Assembly: GCA_002104905.1 (NCBI GenBank)
Contig: MCFE01000168.1
Location: 81,672 to 145,671 of the forward strand
Origin: Basidiobolus meristosporus CBS 931.73
Lineage: Eukaryota; Fungi; Basidiobolomycota
Direction: 5' to 3'
DNA: 64,000 bases
This document shows, piece after piece, positions 22,745-36,246 of the stretch. The notes under the pieces were generated by a model. That model saw only the letters and a list, made by a program, of their open reading frames with translations. It had not been told where the DNA came from and did no database searches. Every line of letters begins with the position of its first letter. Positions within the stretch are counted from its first letter, which is position 1. The position numbers were made by a program, and so were the translations under genes.

Positions 22745-25560
22745 ATGGCCTATCTACCGAAACGTTTTCTTCCCCATCAGATATTTGCTGCAAACACCGA
22801 CGTTGGGAAAACCATTTTCTCCACTGCCTTATGTCGCGGTGTTGCTGCAAGATATCCCAACAGTTCTATCTACTATCTCAAACCAGTTCAAACTGGTTAC
22901 CCTGTAGATAGCGACGCCAGGTACAGATATAGGAATACTAGCGCTATGACTGCCCACCTTAACCCTTCAGTGTTCGTTGTTCAATGAATCCAGGCACGCC
23001 AAGAAATTCTGCCCTAGAATCACTGCTGCAGACACACTGTACACTTATAAGGATCCCGTCAGCCCGCATATAGCGACTACTACTGTGAGTCTTCTTTATA
23101 TATCTGTATTCCTAGGCTTTATGCTCGCATTGGCTTATCCGCTTTTGCTTGAATGAAAATACAGCCCCCTTCGGATGTTAGTGTGCTACAATCCGTTCGT
23201 ACCAAAATCGAAGAATATGCGAAAGAGAGCAAGGGAAAAGACGCTTTCATGTTCCTTGAAACCGCTGGAGGTACAGAATAGCAAAATCTTTTTTGTGTGT
23301 AAGAGCAACTGATTTGACCTCGTATTTGTAGGAGTAAACAGCCCCGTCATGTCAGGTTGAGTAATACACAATATCAATTGAAGTCAGACTTCACGGACTG
23401 ACCCATTTCTATTGTAACTCTTGTTCTGAATACTAGGAACGTTACAATGCAATTTCTATCGTCCATTACGGCTTCCTACCCTACTTGTCGCCGATTCGAA
23501 ACTTGGCGGCATTTCTACTACCTTATCTTCCTTCGAATCGCTACACGTCCGTGGATATGACGTGAACACTGTATTGTTATTTGAGGATGACAGCTGGAAG
23601 AACAATGAATTTTTGGCCAAGCAATTACCGGAAGATATTCGGGTGTTTTCAATCCCCTCCCCTCCGGCTCGTCAGCCCAACAGAGATGATACCATGGAGA
23701 TGAGCCAGTACTACGCTCAGATAGACGAGGTCTTCAAGAATGTTGCAGAGCATCTAAAGGATAGAAGCGATGAGAGAATCACGCGATTGATGGAGATGGA
23801 GGCCAAAACAAAGGATGTGATCTGGTGGCCTTTTACTCAACACCACAACGTGAAGAATGTTACAGTTATCGATTCTGCTTGCGGTGATATGATGGTCACA
23901 CTAGACCCTAAAGCCAAGGACTCCAAGGAGGACTCTAATCTGTTTAATGAGAAGTTTGATGGGTGTGCCAGCTGGTGGACTCAAGGTCTTGGACATGGAT
24001 CCCCTTCTTTGAGCATGGCTACTGCGCATGCTGCCGGTAGATATGGCCACGTTATAGCTCCCGAATGTACTAATGAGCTGTCGCTCTCATTGGCCGAGAA
24101 GCTAGTTGGTACAGTTGGTAAGGGTTGGGCTCAGCGCGTGTACTATTCGGACAATGGAAGCACTGCAACTGAAATTGCACTGAAGATGGCGCTTAGACAC
24201 ACCGCCAATAAGCATCAGCTATCCAGTAGCGCCGAGAAGAGTGAGGACATCGAGATCATTGGATTAAAGGGAAGCTATCATGGAGACACCATAGGTGCCA
24301 TGGATGCATGTGATCCCAATGTTTACAACGGCACCATTCATTGGTAAGAGTCTGTATGCGGCATTTATCCAGCAGTCCGTTCTTTTCTAAATTGGCAATC
24401 AGGTACCAACCTAGAGGCTTCTGGTTTGATCCACCCACCGTGTCCATGAAAAATGGTGTCTACAACATCCATGTCCCTGAGTCATTCAAGTGCAGCTCTG
24501 TTGGTGAGACTAATTTCTCCTCTTTGAGCGGAGTATTTGGTGATCGCTCCAAAAGCGCACTGGCTGATTTCTATCGATCATATATCGATAAGACCCTAGA
24601 TGGTCTCATCAAACAAGGAAGACGCTTCGGTGCCTTGATGATGGAGCCAATACTGATGGGCGCTGGGGGTATGATCTTTGTAGATCCTCTGTTCCAGAAA
24701 TCTCTGGTCGAGGCGGCGAGAGATCTACGATACACGGACACCAGCGACAAAGGTATTCCGGTGATTCTTGACGAAGTGTTCACTGGGTTCTGGCGTCTTG
24801 GAAGAAGAAGCGCAGCAGAGATTCTGGGCGTGGTAAGGATTTTTTGCAGAGTGCATGCCACCGCACCCGACTAAAACTATCTTCCCCTACAGAAACCCGA
24901 TATTGCCGCGTACGCAAAGCTCTTAACTGGAGGCCTTGTTCCTCTTGCGGTGACCTTGACTAGCGAAGAGATATTCAAATCATTCTACTCTCCCAACAAG
25001 CATGAAGCATTATTGCATGGGCACTCATACACTGCGCATCCAATTGGCTGCTCAGTTGCTCTCCAATCCATTAAGGAATACGAACAGAAGTACACCTCGC
25101 AATTAACCCTTCCCTCACATACATTGAATGAGCTTTCAGACAGGGATTGGTACATCTGGAATCCTGAGGTGAGCCCATCTTTTCTTACCAATGCTAGTAA
25201 TGATACTTATCACCATTCTTATGTAGACTGTGAAGCATATCTCACATTTACCCAATGTGCAAGGGGTTGTTTCACTGGGTACTGTTTTGGCCATTGAACT
25301 GAAGGATACTGAGGGAGCAGGTACATATTATTGATCAATGTGCGCAGGAGAGGCGATTCCTCTAATAACCAATGTCCACTGTAGGCTACACATCCAACGT
25401 ATCCAAAGAGTTTATCCAACACATCCGCAACATCGATGACTCAATTCAGGTGTTCGCCCGACCCCTGGGCAATGTTGTGTATGTAATGGGCTCAATTGTT
25501 ACCACACCCGAGCAGGTTAAGCAGCTGGAGAACACGATCTTGAGTGCATTGAAGCTCTAG
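22745..25560 (+). CDS. BIO3-BIO1: Bifunctional dethiobiotin synthetase / 7,8-diaminopelargonic acid aminotransferase (BioD-BioA fusion), multi-exon
   Basis: QIFAANTDVGKT P-loop; YLKPVQTG; ETAGGVNSP; LGGISTTLS; IWWPFTQH; FDGCASWWT; YSDNGSTATEIALKMA; SYHGDTIGAMD; DEVFTG; KPDIAAYAKLLTGG (PLP Lys); LLHGHSYTAHPIGC; RPLGNVVY. Confidence 0.97.
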
Positions 25561-26619
25561 GCCAGACTTCGCTCCGTATGCGCATCTAGAAAATGCACCC
25601 ATATATACCAGAGCTTTTACCATTAATGATTGCATTGCATTTGTCATTTGAATAAACACATCTCATCAGGGGAGATGAGAATCCAACCAGTAATGTTAAA
25701 CTTGCGTAGGGTAGGGTGGAGGATTCAACTTTATCAAGATGACCATCTAAAGGCTGATTTGTCACGTAAATAATAATGGCCCATTGTCGAAGCCATCATA
25801 ACAAGTTAGGAAACAATGTAAAGCGTGCTCTAACCGATTGTGATACCTACAGCTACTCCCCATGGCACGACAATTTAAGCTCATTTGTGATCAAACATGA
25901 GGTTTTAGCTATTTACCAAAATAGGCGAGGCAGCTGGCTTGACAACCCGTATATGGGAGTATTAATGCGATTGCTATGTAGCCCTTTATCACCCCTGCTC
26001 CTCGAATTTATTGGTTGGGCAGTGTTGTTAGCGGTGCATGTAGTTCATGAGCATTTAGTCTCCGACTAGTCTGAAAACTGCTGTTTCTGAAATGTACCTG
26101 AGCTAGTTGTGCCTTCAACCCAGACAGTCGACCGAACATTGGTAATGTTGGAAATGCAACCTTGGTTCAATATCCCCGACCTAAAATCCATATATTGAGT
26201 TCCATCTATGGAGAATTTCCAGTATTTTTTTGGCAATAATGTGGGAGCACGGCGGATCACCATAATACAGCCAACCAAGGTGATTGGCCTACACACTCTG
26301 CCACAATCAACCTGACAATATATCCATATCTATTGATCCCATTGACTATGGGCATGCTGGGATCCTAATGAACTCAAGATAATTAAGGAAAACCCCAATT
26401 TAGGAAGTAGCCCATTGCTTCTAACCTTTATCTCGCTTGCTTTTGTTCTCCACCATTGTTAACGGCTTGTACACCAAGTATTCCTTGCCTTATTCCCCAC
26501 TCTTTCTTACTCTTCTTTCACCCTTGGTTGAAGCCTTCACTTCTTCACTATTGTTAGTCTTCCCTGTGTTTCACACACCACTGGTTTCGGTGTACTGATA
26601 TCACGCTCTCGTTGTTAAA

Positions 26620-28144
26620 ATGAAGTACTCTAATTCTCTAACTGACCGTTGGGTAATTGAGAAGGAGTGAACCTTTGCCAAAGCGAATCTAAACTTTTCT
26701 CTCTCTAGCTCGGTACTTCGAAGTATGTTCGTTACTCCATGATGTCCTCGTTGCTCCAAGCTGTTGTTGTGTCGATATTGGAATTCATAGTATACATCCT
26801 TCACGAGCGGCAACTCAAATTATACAAAGCAGAAGAGGTCCTACCTAACGACAAAGCACTAAGCGTCTACTACATATTATTCATTATCTCGCAAATATTT
26901 CAGTTGATCCTCTGCTTGGATGCCGTGAGTATTACTTACTTTCAACCGACTACAATTTACAACTAATGGCTAACGTTGGTTTCCTAGACGTATAACAAGA
27001 ACACTATTCAAGTAATAGCCTTGGCAGTCTTCAATTTCCTATCATTGGGTTACTCGATCATACAACATATTCAAGCGCAGAATATCATCAACAGTGCGGA
27101 GTTCAAACAGAATTGGATTGGAAGCTACAGCAATACGTCGCGCAATCTAGAATTCGCCATCATTGCCCTGATGCTCTTGTTCTCCTTGAGCTTTGCTTAT
27201 CAAGCATACCAACTCTATCAAGAATACGGTTGGAGCATATACAAGAAAATCGGGGCTGATTTACGCATGAGATGTTAGTAGTTGTATCATCGACATGTCC
27301 AACTCCACTTTGATATTGACCCATTGTCTATAGCCATGTACAAAGTATACCAGATTCTACTTATGCTTTTAAAAGTGGACGTGTTTTTCCTGCTTGGCTT
27401 CTCTATTCAGTACCTCGTCCTTGTAATAACCGAGTCATCGATGAGTGAACTGATTGTCCATGTGACCGTTTCTCTAGGCGGTACTGTCTCCATGATGATC
27501 CTGTCTTTTTGGGCGGTACGTATTTACTTCGACAGCTACTTGATAGTCAGTATTTCTAACCTGAGCAACCCAGCTGCGCGCCGAAAATCGACTTGGAATC
27601 ATTTCGTTCATGTTAGCCTGTTTGATGACCATTGGATATCTAGTTTACAAACTAGTGATTATGTACACTGTCGAGGGCTATAGAGTCAGAGACTCTCCCA
27701 AGGAAATCTGCAAAAACCCTCCAAACAACCCTTTCCCTCCAGAGTGTGATCGGTTCGCCGGATCTCGCTATTTCTTAACCTTCTTTGGTAATTCAAGTGC
27801 TTTTTGGCTCCAGAGATCCCTGAACTAACCCGATGCAAATCATTTGTAGTTGTCGTATGCCTTTTGCTTCTGTTTGTATGTGGATCTGTATTTGCCTAAT
27901 GTACTCACCTACTAACCGTATTCTGCACAATAGGCCACCATAGTAGAAACATACAAAGCACTCCGTAACTTCGGGCAAGGCCTCAAACAACATAGTAAGT
28001 ATTCATGATGTTGAATGATTCAGCATGTGAACCGGTTTCTTATCATCAATACCACTTTCCCTAGTTAATCGCACTGCCGTCAACTGGAACGGAGCAGTCA
28101 ACCTGGAGAGCCCCGAAGCCCAGAAAAGATGGTCGATAGATTAA
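26620..28144 (+). CDS. Multi-pass membrane protein, UPF0658/Golgi-membrane-like fungal family, multi-exon
   Basis: Spliced hydrophobic segments: YYILFIISQIFQLILCLDA|..NKNTIQVIALAVFN; YQLYQEYGWSIYKKIGADLRM; YQILLMLLKVDVFFLLGFSIQYL; ends QKRWSID*. The start exon is inferred from ATG 26620 plus a GT-AG intron. Confidence 0.7.
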
Positions 28145-29163
28145 CGGATAAATAATGGATCCCCACTCATATGGCGGCGATGGGATTTTTCGCTTCACAA
28201 GCTGCGTTCTAAACACCCCCATGCTTTCCTGATGAACCGCTTTGTACATTTACTTCCAGATCTTTGAGAAGCGTAATATCTCTTCTGTCTCCCCCCCCAT
28301 TCCACCTTTTTCTCGACAGATGATAAAACCGAATTCGTCTTTTTTGATTGACCACCTTCCTTCAATGCATCGTATTTATTTCGATCGTGCACCGCAATAT
28401 CTCTCCATTCAAACCCATAACCCCCCCCCCCAGGATACGGATCCGTCTATTCGTTGATGATAAAGCGAACCTGTCACAGTACATCTCAACGTGGAATTCC
28501 ATCCCTTCGTAAACACCTAGAAACATCCCATACTCATGACCCTTTCATAGCTTCTACCTAAATCACTTGCAAACCCTACACATTTCAATGAAGAATTTTG
28601 CCAGAATTCACGCATGTGACAAATTTAGCCGAGAAACCTTTGGGGAACCAACCGGGAATGCAGAGTGGCTTATGAGCTGTGTAATGTGTACGATTGCATT
28701 TATCCAACTTATTCTCGGTTTGACAAATAGACCTGTGTGATAGGTGCGGGAGCAGTAGGTTGAGTGAGCCGGAGTCAATCATTTGACCGATGTATGTTCG
28801 TGATACGACATTCTCATCTCATCTGAACATATCAGATTCATGGAATAGGTTGTACTCATAGTGCCAGTCTTCGCATCCCTAGCCAATATTAAGGATTTGA
28901 CGTCCACCTTCATCAATCAACCTGGCAGAGGGAAATCCGGATTCCTGGTGGAGGAGGTATTCCCGAATGTCTCGAATGGAACTGGTCATCCAGCACGCAC
29001 GAAGTTGGGTTAATTTAAACAACCTGGAGCCCCGATCCGGCCTAAATCACAAACATACGGATTCCGTTTCAGAGGAAAAAAAACGCGTATCTCGCCGATG
29101 TAGAAAAATGATTTTCTTGCGTAAAGACAGCTCCCACAGCTCTTGTAGAGTAGTTTACCAAAA

Positions 29164-29541
29164 ATGAGCAAAGCCCCCATTCCCGAATTAAAGAAGTAAG
29201 TCGCGGTGAACGTTTCGACGTTTCGGAGGACATGAGGGACCTTTTGGATCTGCGAACTAACCTCACTTCTCCCCTAGATACATGGATAAACATCTGTTCA
29301 TCCAACTCAATGGCTCACGCAAGGTCACCGGAGTGCTTCGTGGTTTCGATCCCTTCATGAACATCGTGCTCGATGATGCTGTTGAGGAAGTTTCCTCCAC
29401 CGAAAAACACAACATCGGAATGGTGGTAGGTGTTTTCTACCTGTTGATCAAGATTTTGAGGGCGTTGTTTTACTGAGGTTTTCTCTTTAGGTGATTCGTG
29501 GCAATAGCGTCGTGATGCTGGAGGCGCTTGAACGAATCTAG
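29164..29541 (+). CDS. SNRPG: Small nuclear ribonucleoprotein Sm G; exons 29164-29195, 29278-29425, 29491-29541
   Basis: MSKAPIPELKK|YMDKHLFIQLNGSRKVTGVLRGFDPFMNIVLDDAVE...IGMV|VIRGNSVVMLEALERI*. Confidence 0.98.
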
Positions 29542-29836
29542 CGGGTTTTTCTCAATTCATATGTCACCTTTGGTGTCGTGTACATCTGTATGAAATAAAA
29601 AAGGACCTGAGCGAAACGCCGTGTAGAACTGACCCTGACATTGTTCCCTTCATGTTTTGACTTCTGAATGAGTGGATCTGGAGTATCAATGTTTATTAAA
29701 GTATCATTAGACCTGTCCCTGCTCACAAGAAACCTGGCCGCGAAAACAAAACCGGGGCCTATATCAAACAGGTGGGCATAAATGCAGGGAGTATGTGTGG
29801 AATGTAGAGTGGGGGATAATAGGGTCATTACAGTGT

Positions 29837-31416
29837 TCATCGAGTGGCCAGCCATTTCTCTCTGGATATGCTTCTCAGAACACCATGAGCCTTTTCTTGG
29901 CCAATCGTCGTCCATTCCCCGCCGTAACTATGGCCAGGATAGACCATGGTGTTGTCATCCAGGTTTCTTAGCACTTTTTGTAGCGAATGGAACATATCCA
30001 TTTTGCATGCGCCAGGAAGGTCTAAGCGGCCGCATGTCCCTAAGAACAGCGTATCACCAGAAAACAAGCGCGAATCGTTGACCAGCAAGCATTGACTACC
30101 TGGTGTATGCCCTGGCGTGTGTAGGAAGCGGACTATGTTTTCGGTGCCTAGCTTCAATTCAAAGTTATGTGTGGTAGGAACTATCCGACTTGGATTTATC
30201 TCGGGGTTCGATTTTCTCACGAAATGGATGTCCTCCTGGTGAATATATGCCCTGACGCTAGGCCATTTTTTTAGAATAGTTGAGAGCCCGGTCACTTTGA
30301 TCGGAAGCTGGTTGAACGGCGAGGGCGGTATGCCTAGATTCAAGCAACACAATGTTCGCTAGAGTTCTTGTGCTAGTGGATCAAGAGACGCCGCCTACCT
30401 CCCACATGATCAAAGTGATAGTGAGTAACCACCGCACCAATGCAAAGAAGCTTCTCGCGCTTGATGATCTGCATTATCCTGTGGGCATCCCAACACTAAA
30501 TAGAATGAAGATCAGCCTCTGAATGGAATCACACGCCAAATATCTCTGACGAATACACACAGCATCCACGACGATACAGAGCCTCGAATGGGCATCGGCG
30601 ATGATGTACACAAAATTTCGCATCTCCATAGCGTATTCGTAAATTTTGTTCTGAATTGGATTGAAGGAATGTGAATTGGGGATTGCAAAATCCTTCCCAG
30701 GCGAGAGCTGCATGATCAACAGGCCTAAACGGGAAAGCTGGCTGAGTTTGCGTGTCTCGTTATGCCTCGTAATGTTCGCCCATGGTTACCTTTCTCGTTG
30801 TCCTCGGCCATGTACTTGCATTTTATGAAGTTGGCTCTAGCCTCGACAAATGTGGGGTCCTTGCCAAAAGAAGATGGGAATCGTTAAACGGCCGTTCGTT
30901 TCTGTTCGGGGAGAGGCATCGCATTTACCAGTTCTATGGATCTTTTGTAGGTCTCCATCGCCTCTTTGTATTTCTGCAAGCAGTAAAGTGCCTCGGCCAT
31001 TTGGAAGTATCCCTGTTCGAGGTTGAGGAACTCTCTCTAAGTATCTGTTCATAGCAGGGTGGGCTTGACACTCAAGGTCTGTAGTAAATAACCCTTACTC
31101 TTCCCCAGTCTGGCTTTAGACCTACAACCACCTCGGCGTCCTTCACCGAATCCAACAAGCAACCAAAATGTAAATACGCTCTGGATCTGTTGAATAGGAG
31201 AAGGGCCAAGAAATCTCGGGCCCCAGGGTCCTCGGCCACTGTTTTAGTCTGCAGAAGTGCCAGAGTGTATTGGTCAATGGCCTCTCTGTACTGTCCCCGG
31301 CTCAAATGGCCATCACCTTGAGTCAATAGTCGATAGAGCGTGCCGTCTGGTGCGGAGGGTCTAGTCAAAGACATCGCGGGGACGATGTGTTCTGTTTGTA
31401 AATCTCTTAGCTGCAT
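29837..31416 (-). CDS. TPR-repeat plus metallo-beta-lactamase-fold (glyoxalase II-like) fusion protein, multi-exon
   Basis: TPRs: GDGHLSRGQYREAIDQYTLAL, LFNRSRAYLHFG...AEVVVGLKPDW and GYFQMAEALYCLQKYKEAMETYKRSIELDP. MBL: MRNFVYII, THYHFDHVGG (HxHxDH), HTPGHTPGS, FSGDTLF and VYPGHSY. GT-AG joins keep one reading frame across both domains. Confidence 0.85.
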
Positions 31417-32162
31417 TTATGAACAAGGTTAGGTACGGTTGTGGTTAGCGCCCCGCGCGTTCAAGTTGCTTAAAAGGATACGATGATTATCGACGTCCAG
31501 CAAAAGTAACGGTACACAAGGGGAAATCAGATTAAAATAGATGGAGACTCAATGCCCATCTCTCCTTACTCAACGGCCATGAGGCAATCCTGCTGAAACA
31601 AGAGTCCCCCGCTTGTGTTGCTGTTATTGGTTTCACTAGATCAGGTTAATATGATAGCTTGCATTCAGGAAATCAAAAAAAATTGAAACTTGGTTTCAAC
31701 GATAGGCTTCCGGGTTCGTTTATTGACATTATTATCAGAGCTGGAGAGTTGAAATGCGAGTCACAGTGGCTGAGTGGGCAAGACGACTCCCAACAATAAA
31801 AACAAATCTCGGTTTGCGGTTTGTTTGGCAAACCTTTGGAGTAACGTCCAATTGCCCTGTATCGTTGAGGAGGAATAATCGATAATAATTGCCGCGTCCA
31901 AGAATGCAATGGAGCCAATGATAGGATGGACACAGCTGGTAAATGATATATCTGCAAAGCGCCATGAAAATCCTCCAATCCAACCTACTAGTCCACGAAA
32001 TATTAGCTGGCTAACCACTTCATTTTGAGACCCTATCAATTTCCCTGTCTGTAAACGTCATCGAAACACATTTAGGTGTTTTCCGTCAATTTTCGCGCTC
32101 ACCATATCGCCCCCATCCATTGTACAACCCCTTCATAAAATCTTCCCTCTCTACAGTTAACA

Positions 32163-33335
32163 ATGAGTCCGCCTACAGTTGACATCCGTCTGGAAGATGA
32201 ATTTATCATATTCAACGGCACCTCCTCGGAATCAGTAGGATCTGTATTGCGTGGCGCCTTCGTTCTCACCTTCCCAGACAGTTTAAAAGTCAAATCGATC
32301 AAGCTTACCCTTGAGGGGAAACTACGCATATTCTGGCCAACTGGTATGTTGGGTTGATGATCTGCCTTTGCTGTTCCGATGATAACCAAGCTTTTCCCCT
32401 GACCTCTCACAGTATTGAAAACAGCCCAGGTGAAAAGTTACAGACAAAGGGTGTTTAGCCATAGTTGGACCTTTATGGAATCCACCCAATTCCTCTCTCA
32501 GACCATCCAGGCAGGAACATATACCTATGATTTCATGCTTCCCTTAAGCGGACAGCTCCCTGAAACCATCCACTCGCAACATGGAGGAATTGTATATACA
32601 CTCAGGGGTGTGGTCGAGCGCCCAGCATTTTGCAACAATTACGTTGTCGAAAAGGAGGTGGTCATAAAGCGATACGCGTCTCCTTCCAACACGGAGCTTA
32701 TGCATTCGACCATCGTCTCAGATGTTTGGAACGACAAGCTTTTCTTCGAAATATTCATCCCCACCGCGGGCTATGGTGTTGGGGAAACCATACCAGTTCG
32801 CTTTAGACTGCAACCGCTAAGCAAGGAGCTAAAACTACGTGGAGTGGGGTGTCTGCTCAAGGAATATGCAACATACAACTCACCCCTCATAGGGTTCTCA
32901 AAAACCACATCAAGACTCATCGATCAATCCTTGGATGATTTCTTTCCGGATCAAGAGGAAGCCTGGGGGAAAATGCTCTATTTTGTCGTCCCGAAGGACC
33001 CCAAAGCAGTTCAACCCGATTGCGAAACGGATTCCATCGTGGTGAAGCACAAGCTCAAGCTGAAAATTGAATTCGAAGAGCACCCCAAATGCATCCGTAT
33101 CATACTCGCCGCCGTTCCCGTAATCATAATCGCCAGCTCAGTAGGAGAAATATTCAACGAACTACCTAGGTACCAGGCCTCGTTTGAAAGACGCTTCTCG
33201 GTGGTTTCGTTGCCCCCAGCCTATGATGGCTCCGTCACAAGAAAGTCGGTCAGCGCCGGGATGCCCGGCATCCCATTACCTAATCGGCAGGCTCGTGGGA
33301 GTAGATCAGGCAGCTACTCTGTGTTGCAAAGCTAG
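32163..33335 (+). CDS. Alpha-arrestin (arrestin N and C domains) with PY motifs; one intron at about 32344-32411
   Basis: GSVLRGAFVLTFPDSLKVKSIKLTLEG; AGTYTYDFMLPLSGQLPETI...GGIVYTL; IVVKHKLKLKIEF; LPRY and PPAY motifs. Confidence 0.92.
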
Positions 33336-33750
33336 TCGTCACCGCTATTGGTGAAGTCTGCTTACTTACCGTGTTGTATAATGTAAAGTATGAATGGATA
33401 TAATTTATCTAGTAGAGTTTAGATCGATAGCCAGTAACTTTCATGAAATAAAGCCCTGTATCGACAAGCGCATGATGGCTTACCGAGCTGGACTATTAAG
33501 GGAATCGATGATTAGCCGAAACCTGCGAGGGACAGTCTATTTCGGGTGGAAGGTGGAGCACCGGCGCGTGACTTAATCGAGTGGAGAAGTTGCTTTCAAA
33601 CGCTTGGTTTAATGAATCTTTGGATCGAGCCAAAATTATATATACATGTATTTTACATTAAAACATTAATCACCTGAGGTGACATTACTACGTTAGAGGG
33701 GACGGGAATCCGAGTGGGCCGGATCGCCCGCTGAGCGCAGGTGGGTGAAT

Positions 33751-34317
33751 TTAGATAAAACAGAGTTCTGCCTTGTACTTCTCTAAAAATTCTTTGATAT
33801 CCTGGTCGTTGACCCATACGTTGTAATTCAATAGTTCAAGCAATTCTTTTTCCATTCTATTCACTTGTTGGGTGGTGAACACCCCCGAAATCTCCGCCAT
33901 GGTGCGATTGTTGAGTCCCTCGTCACCATATAAAAATTTGGACGCGACCAAAAGGCTGGCTAAAAAGATCCTGTGTGAGGTTCCGTACTCGCCTTTCGCC
34001 TTTGGTGGGAGTTTGACTTTTAATCGGTAAATGTACATCAGGGCAACTATGCCGGTGATGGCATCAATGCGGGAGCGTTCGGCCACTCGCTCAATAAATA
34101 ACAGTAGTTCGGGGAGGGTGATGTTGGTCATGGGGCGCGCTTTACAGTTGAGAACACTGCACATGGATTCCGCTGTGAAATCTGGAAAAGCTGCGTTAGA
34201 AATCACCTTCAACAAATATCTCGCAAGTATGCAGCTTCACTTACTTATTAATGTGTTGGGAATTGGCTTGTAGGCAGGGCAGTTGTTGGCTTGGGCGCGA
34301 TTAATGGCTGCAGTCAT
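33751..34317 (-). CDS. Pho85-type (Pcl1/Pho80-like) cyclin, 2 exons
   Basis: MTAAINR...TLI|NFTAESM...LPELLLFIERVAERSRI...ALMYIYRLK..LP...TSHRIFLASLLVASKF...VNRMEKELLELLNYN; the intron is GTAAGT...CCAG. Confidence 0.88.
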
Positions 34318-36246
34318 AGTTGATGTAGAAGAATATGAATAGTATACAAGTTGTGCTTGATGAAGGAGCAGTTGATATGAGCAAAAGAAATCTGTGACCG
34401 GACTAGGATTTAAGATGCTCGTGCAAGTGAGATGGGTGAAATCAAAATTCGATAGATGTACGTTGGTTTATTACAGGGATTAGGAATCCATTGCTGTCGC
34501 CGGCGTGCTTATAAGTGAATTTGAGGTGGATTGACCAGATAAGCGTGACCTAGTAAAAATTCACGTTACTGCGAAACCATTGGACACTAGCCACTTGTCT
34601 CGTGTCAAGTGATCTTATTTCAATCCAAAAAAATGGCAGAGCAGTCAGTATCACAGCAGTCTCAAATCTAAGCCAAAGATATGTGATCATTTGATGGAGA
34701 GCTGATATATCGATAAAGCGAGCCAATGGATATCCCTGATAGCTTCTATATCGATATCTACCATGTTCAAAGATGGATCAATCAACGGCTTCCATCGACA
34801 CCAATAGCCTTTATGCTGGAAATAGGAGTCTTCTGACCTGAGCTTTATTTGGAGTGTCCAGATGCGAATAGAAAGATTCATTGACCGACTTCATATAGCA
34901 ATAATTCAAATAAGTCCATATATAGACCAAGAAATCTGACAACCTCTGCCTTCTAGCAATTGACTGGAAACCGTGAAGTTGTGGCCTGCCATGGGGTTGG
35001 TATATCTGCCTTGTTAGTCGTGGGCTAGCTTCTCTTGAATAGTCAGTTGGAGTCGCATGTGATTTCGATCTTGATAAATATATGTCACGTTATTGTGCAT
35101 GGGCTAAATATGATTATCCGGCCCAATGATCCTTTGCTACCTGCAAAAGCGTAGAGTTCTGGCAAGATTTACTAGATAACTCCCGATACCTGTGTCCTGT
35201 GATATACAAACCGACAGCGAAAAGAATTCCATTCCCTTTTTTTTCGGAAACGGCAAGGCTCAGCTGCAGGATCACACATGTCCCGCACTCCAAGCGAACA
35301 TGAATTATTGCGCACCAAGTGAGTCCTCGGGTGCATATGCCTAGGTGAACAGCAAATCGGCAATTACCGTGGAAAGTGACACAACTTGGCGTTGTACCAT
35401 TCTGTGTGTTACTGTGGTTGTTTAAACAATGCCAGGAATTGAAACCATTTCAGGGTTTGAGGCTCGCCCACCCATGTATGACATTGATCGAAGTAGCCGG
35501 TTTTTCGCGCGGCCCCACTCTAATTGGCTCCATTGTCCGCTATTTTCTCACCCTAAAGCTCTTTTTTTTTTGTTTTTTATTACCAATTGAGTAAGAGGCT
35601 TTATCTCATATGATCATCTGATTTAATCAATCTGAAGCGGCAGTTAAGCCAGCTCCTAAACAGTTTATGTATGGGCTGGTCACCACTTGACATAACCAAT
35701 ACAGTATTGGTATAAATTGAAGTGCGTGGTTACAGCGCCATGAAGATGAACCCTTTTGGTGTCATGTTGCGTAGCAAATGGGTATATTATGTTAGGAATC
35801 CACTATCGCCAACATTGGCTGCTGGCCATCAGAATCCGGCGCTAGAAGAGGTTACCATGGCGGAGGATACAGTGGCTGACTGTACGCATATTTAAATGTA
35901 ATATATCGCTGAAGGCTCATTCGACCTGTAGGTTCTAAGCAGCTTGGTCACCGTTTCATTTGCTACGCTTTCGATAGAGGAACTCAACATATACATATAT
36001 ATGGCAGTTTTCCAGCGTGACATGATGATGGAATGGCTCTATAAATTGAATCTATGAGTTGGATTTATTAAATACCATTCATTTGAAAGTGATTATATAT
36101 AACCTAATCTATACATTTGGTGATTAACTAGGGGGTGAAGTTGCGAAAATTACAATAAAGGATGATTATGTATATATCGGTTGATTTTCGAGGAAGACTG
36201 CCAGAGTCGAACGTCGGGAGAAACGCGCGTCAGATGCTTGGTGCCT

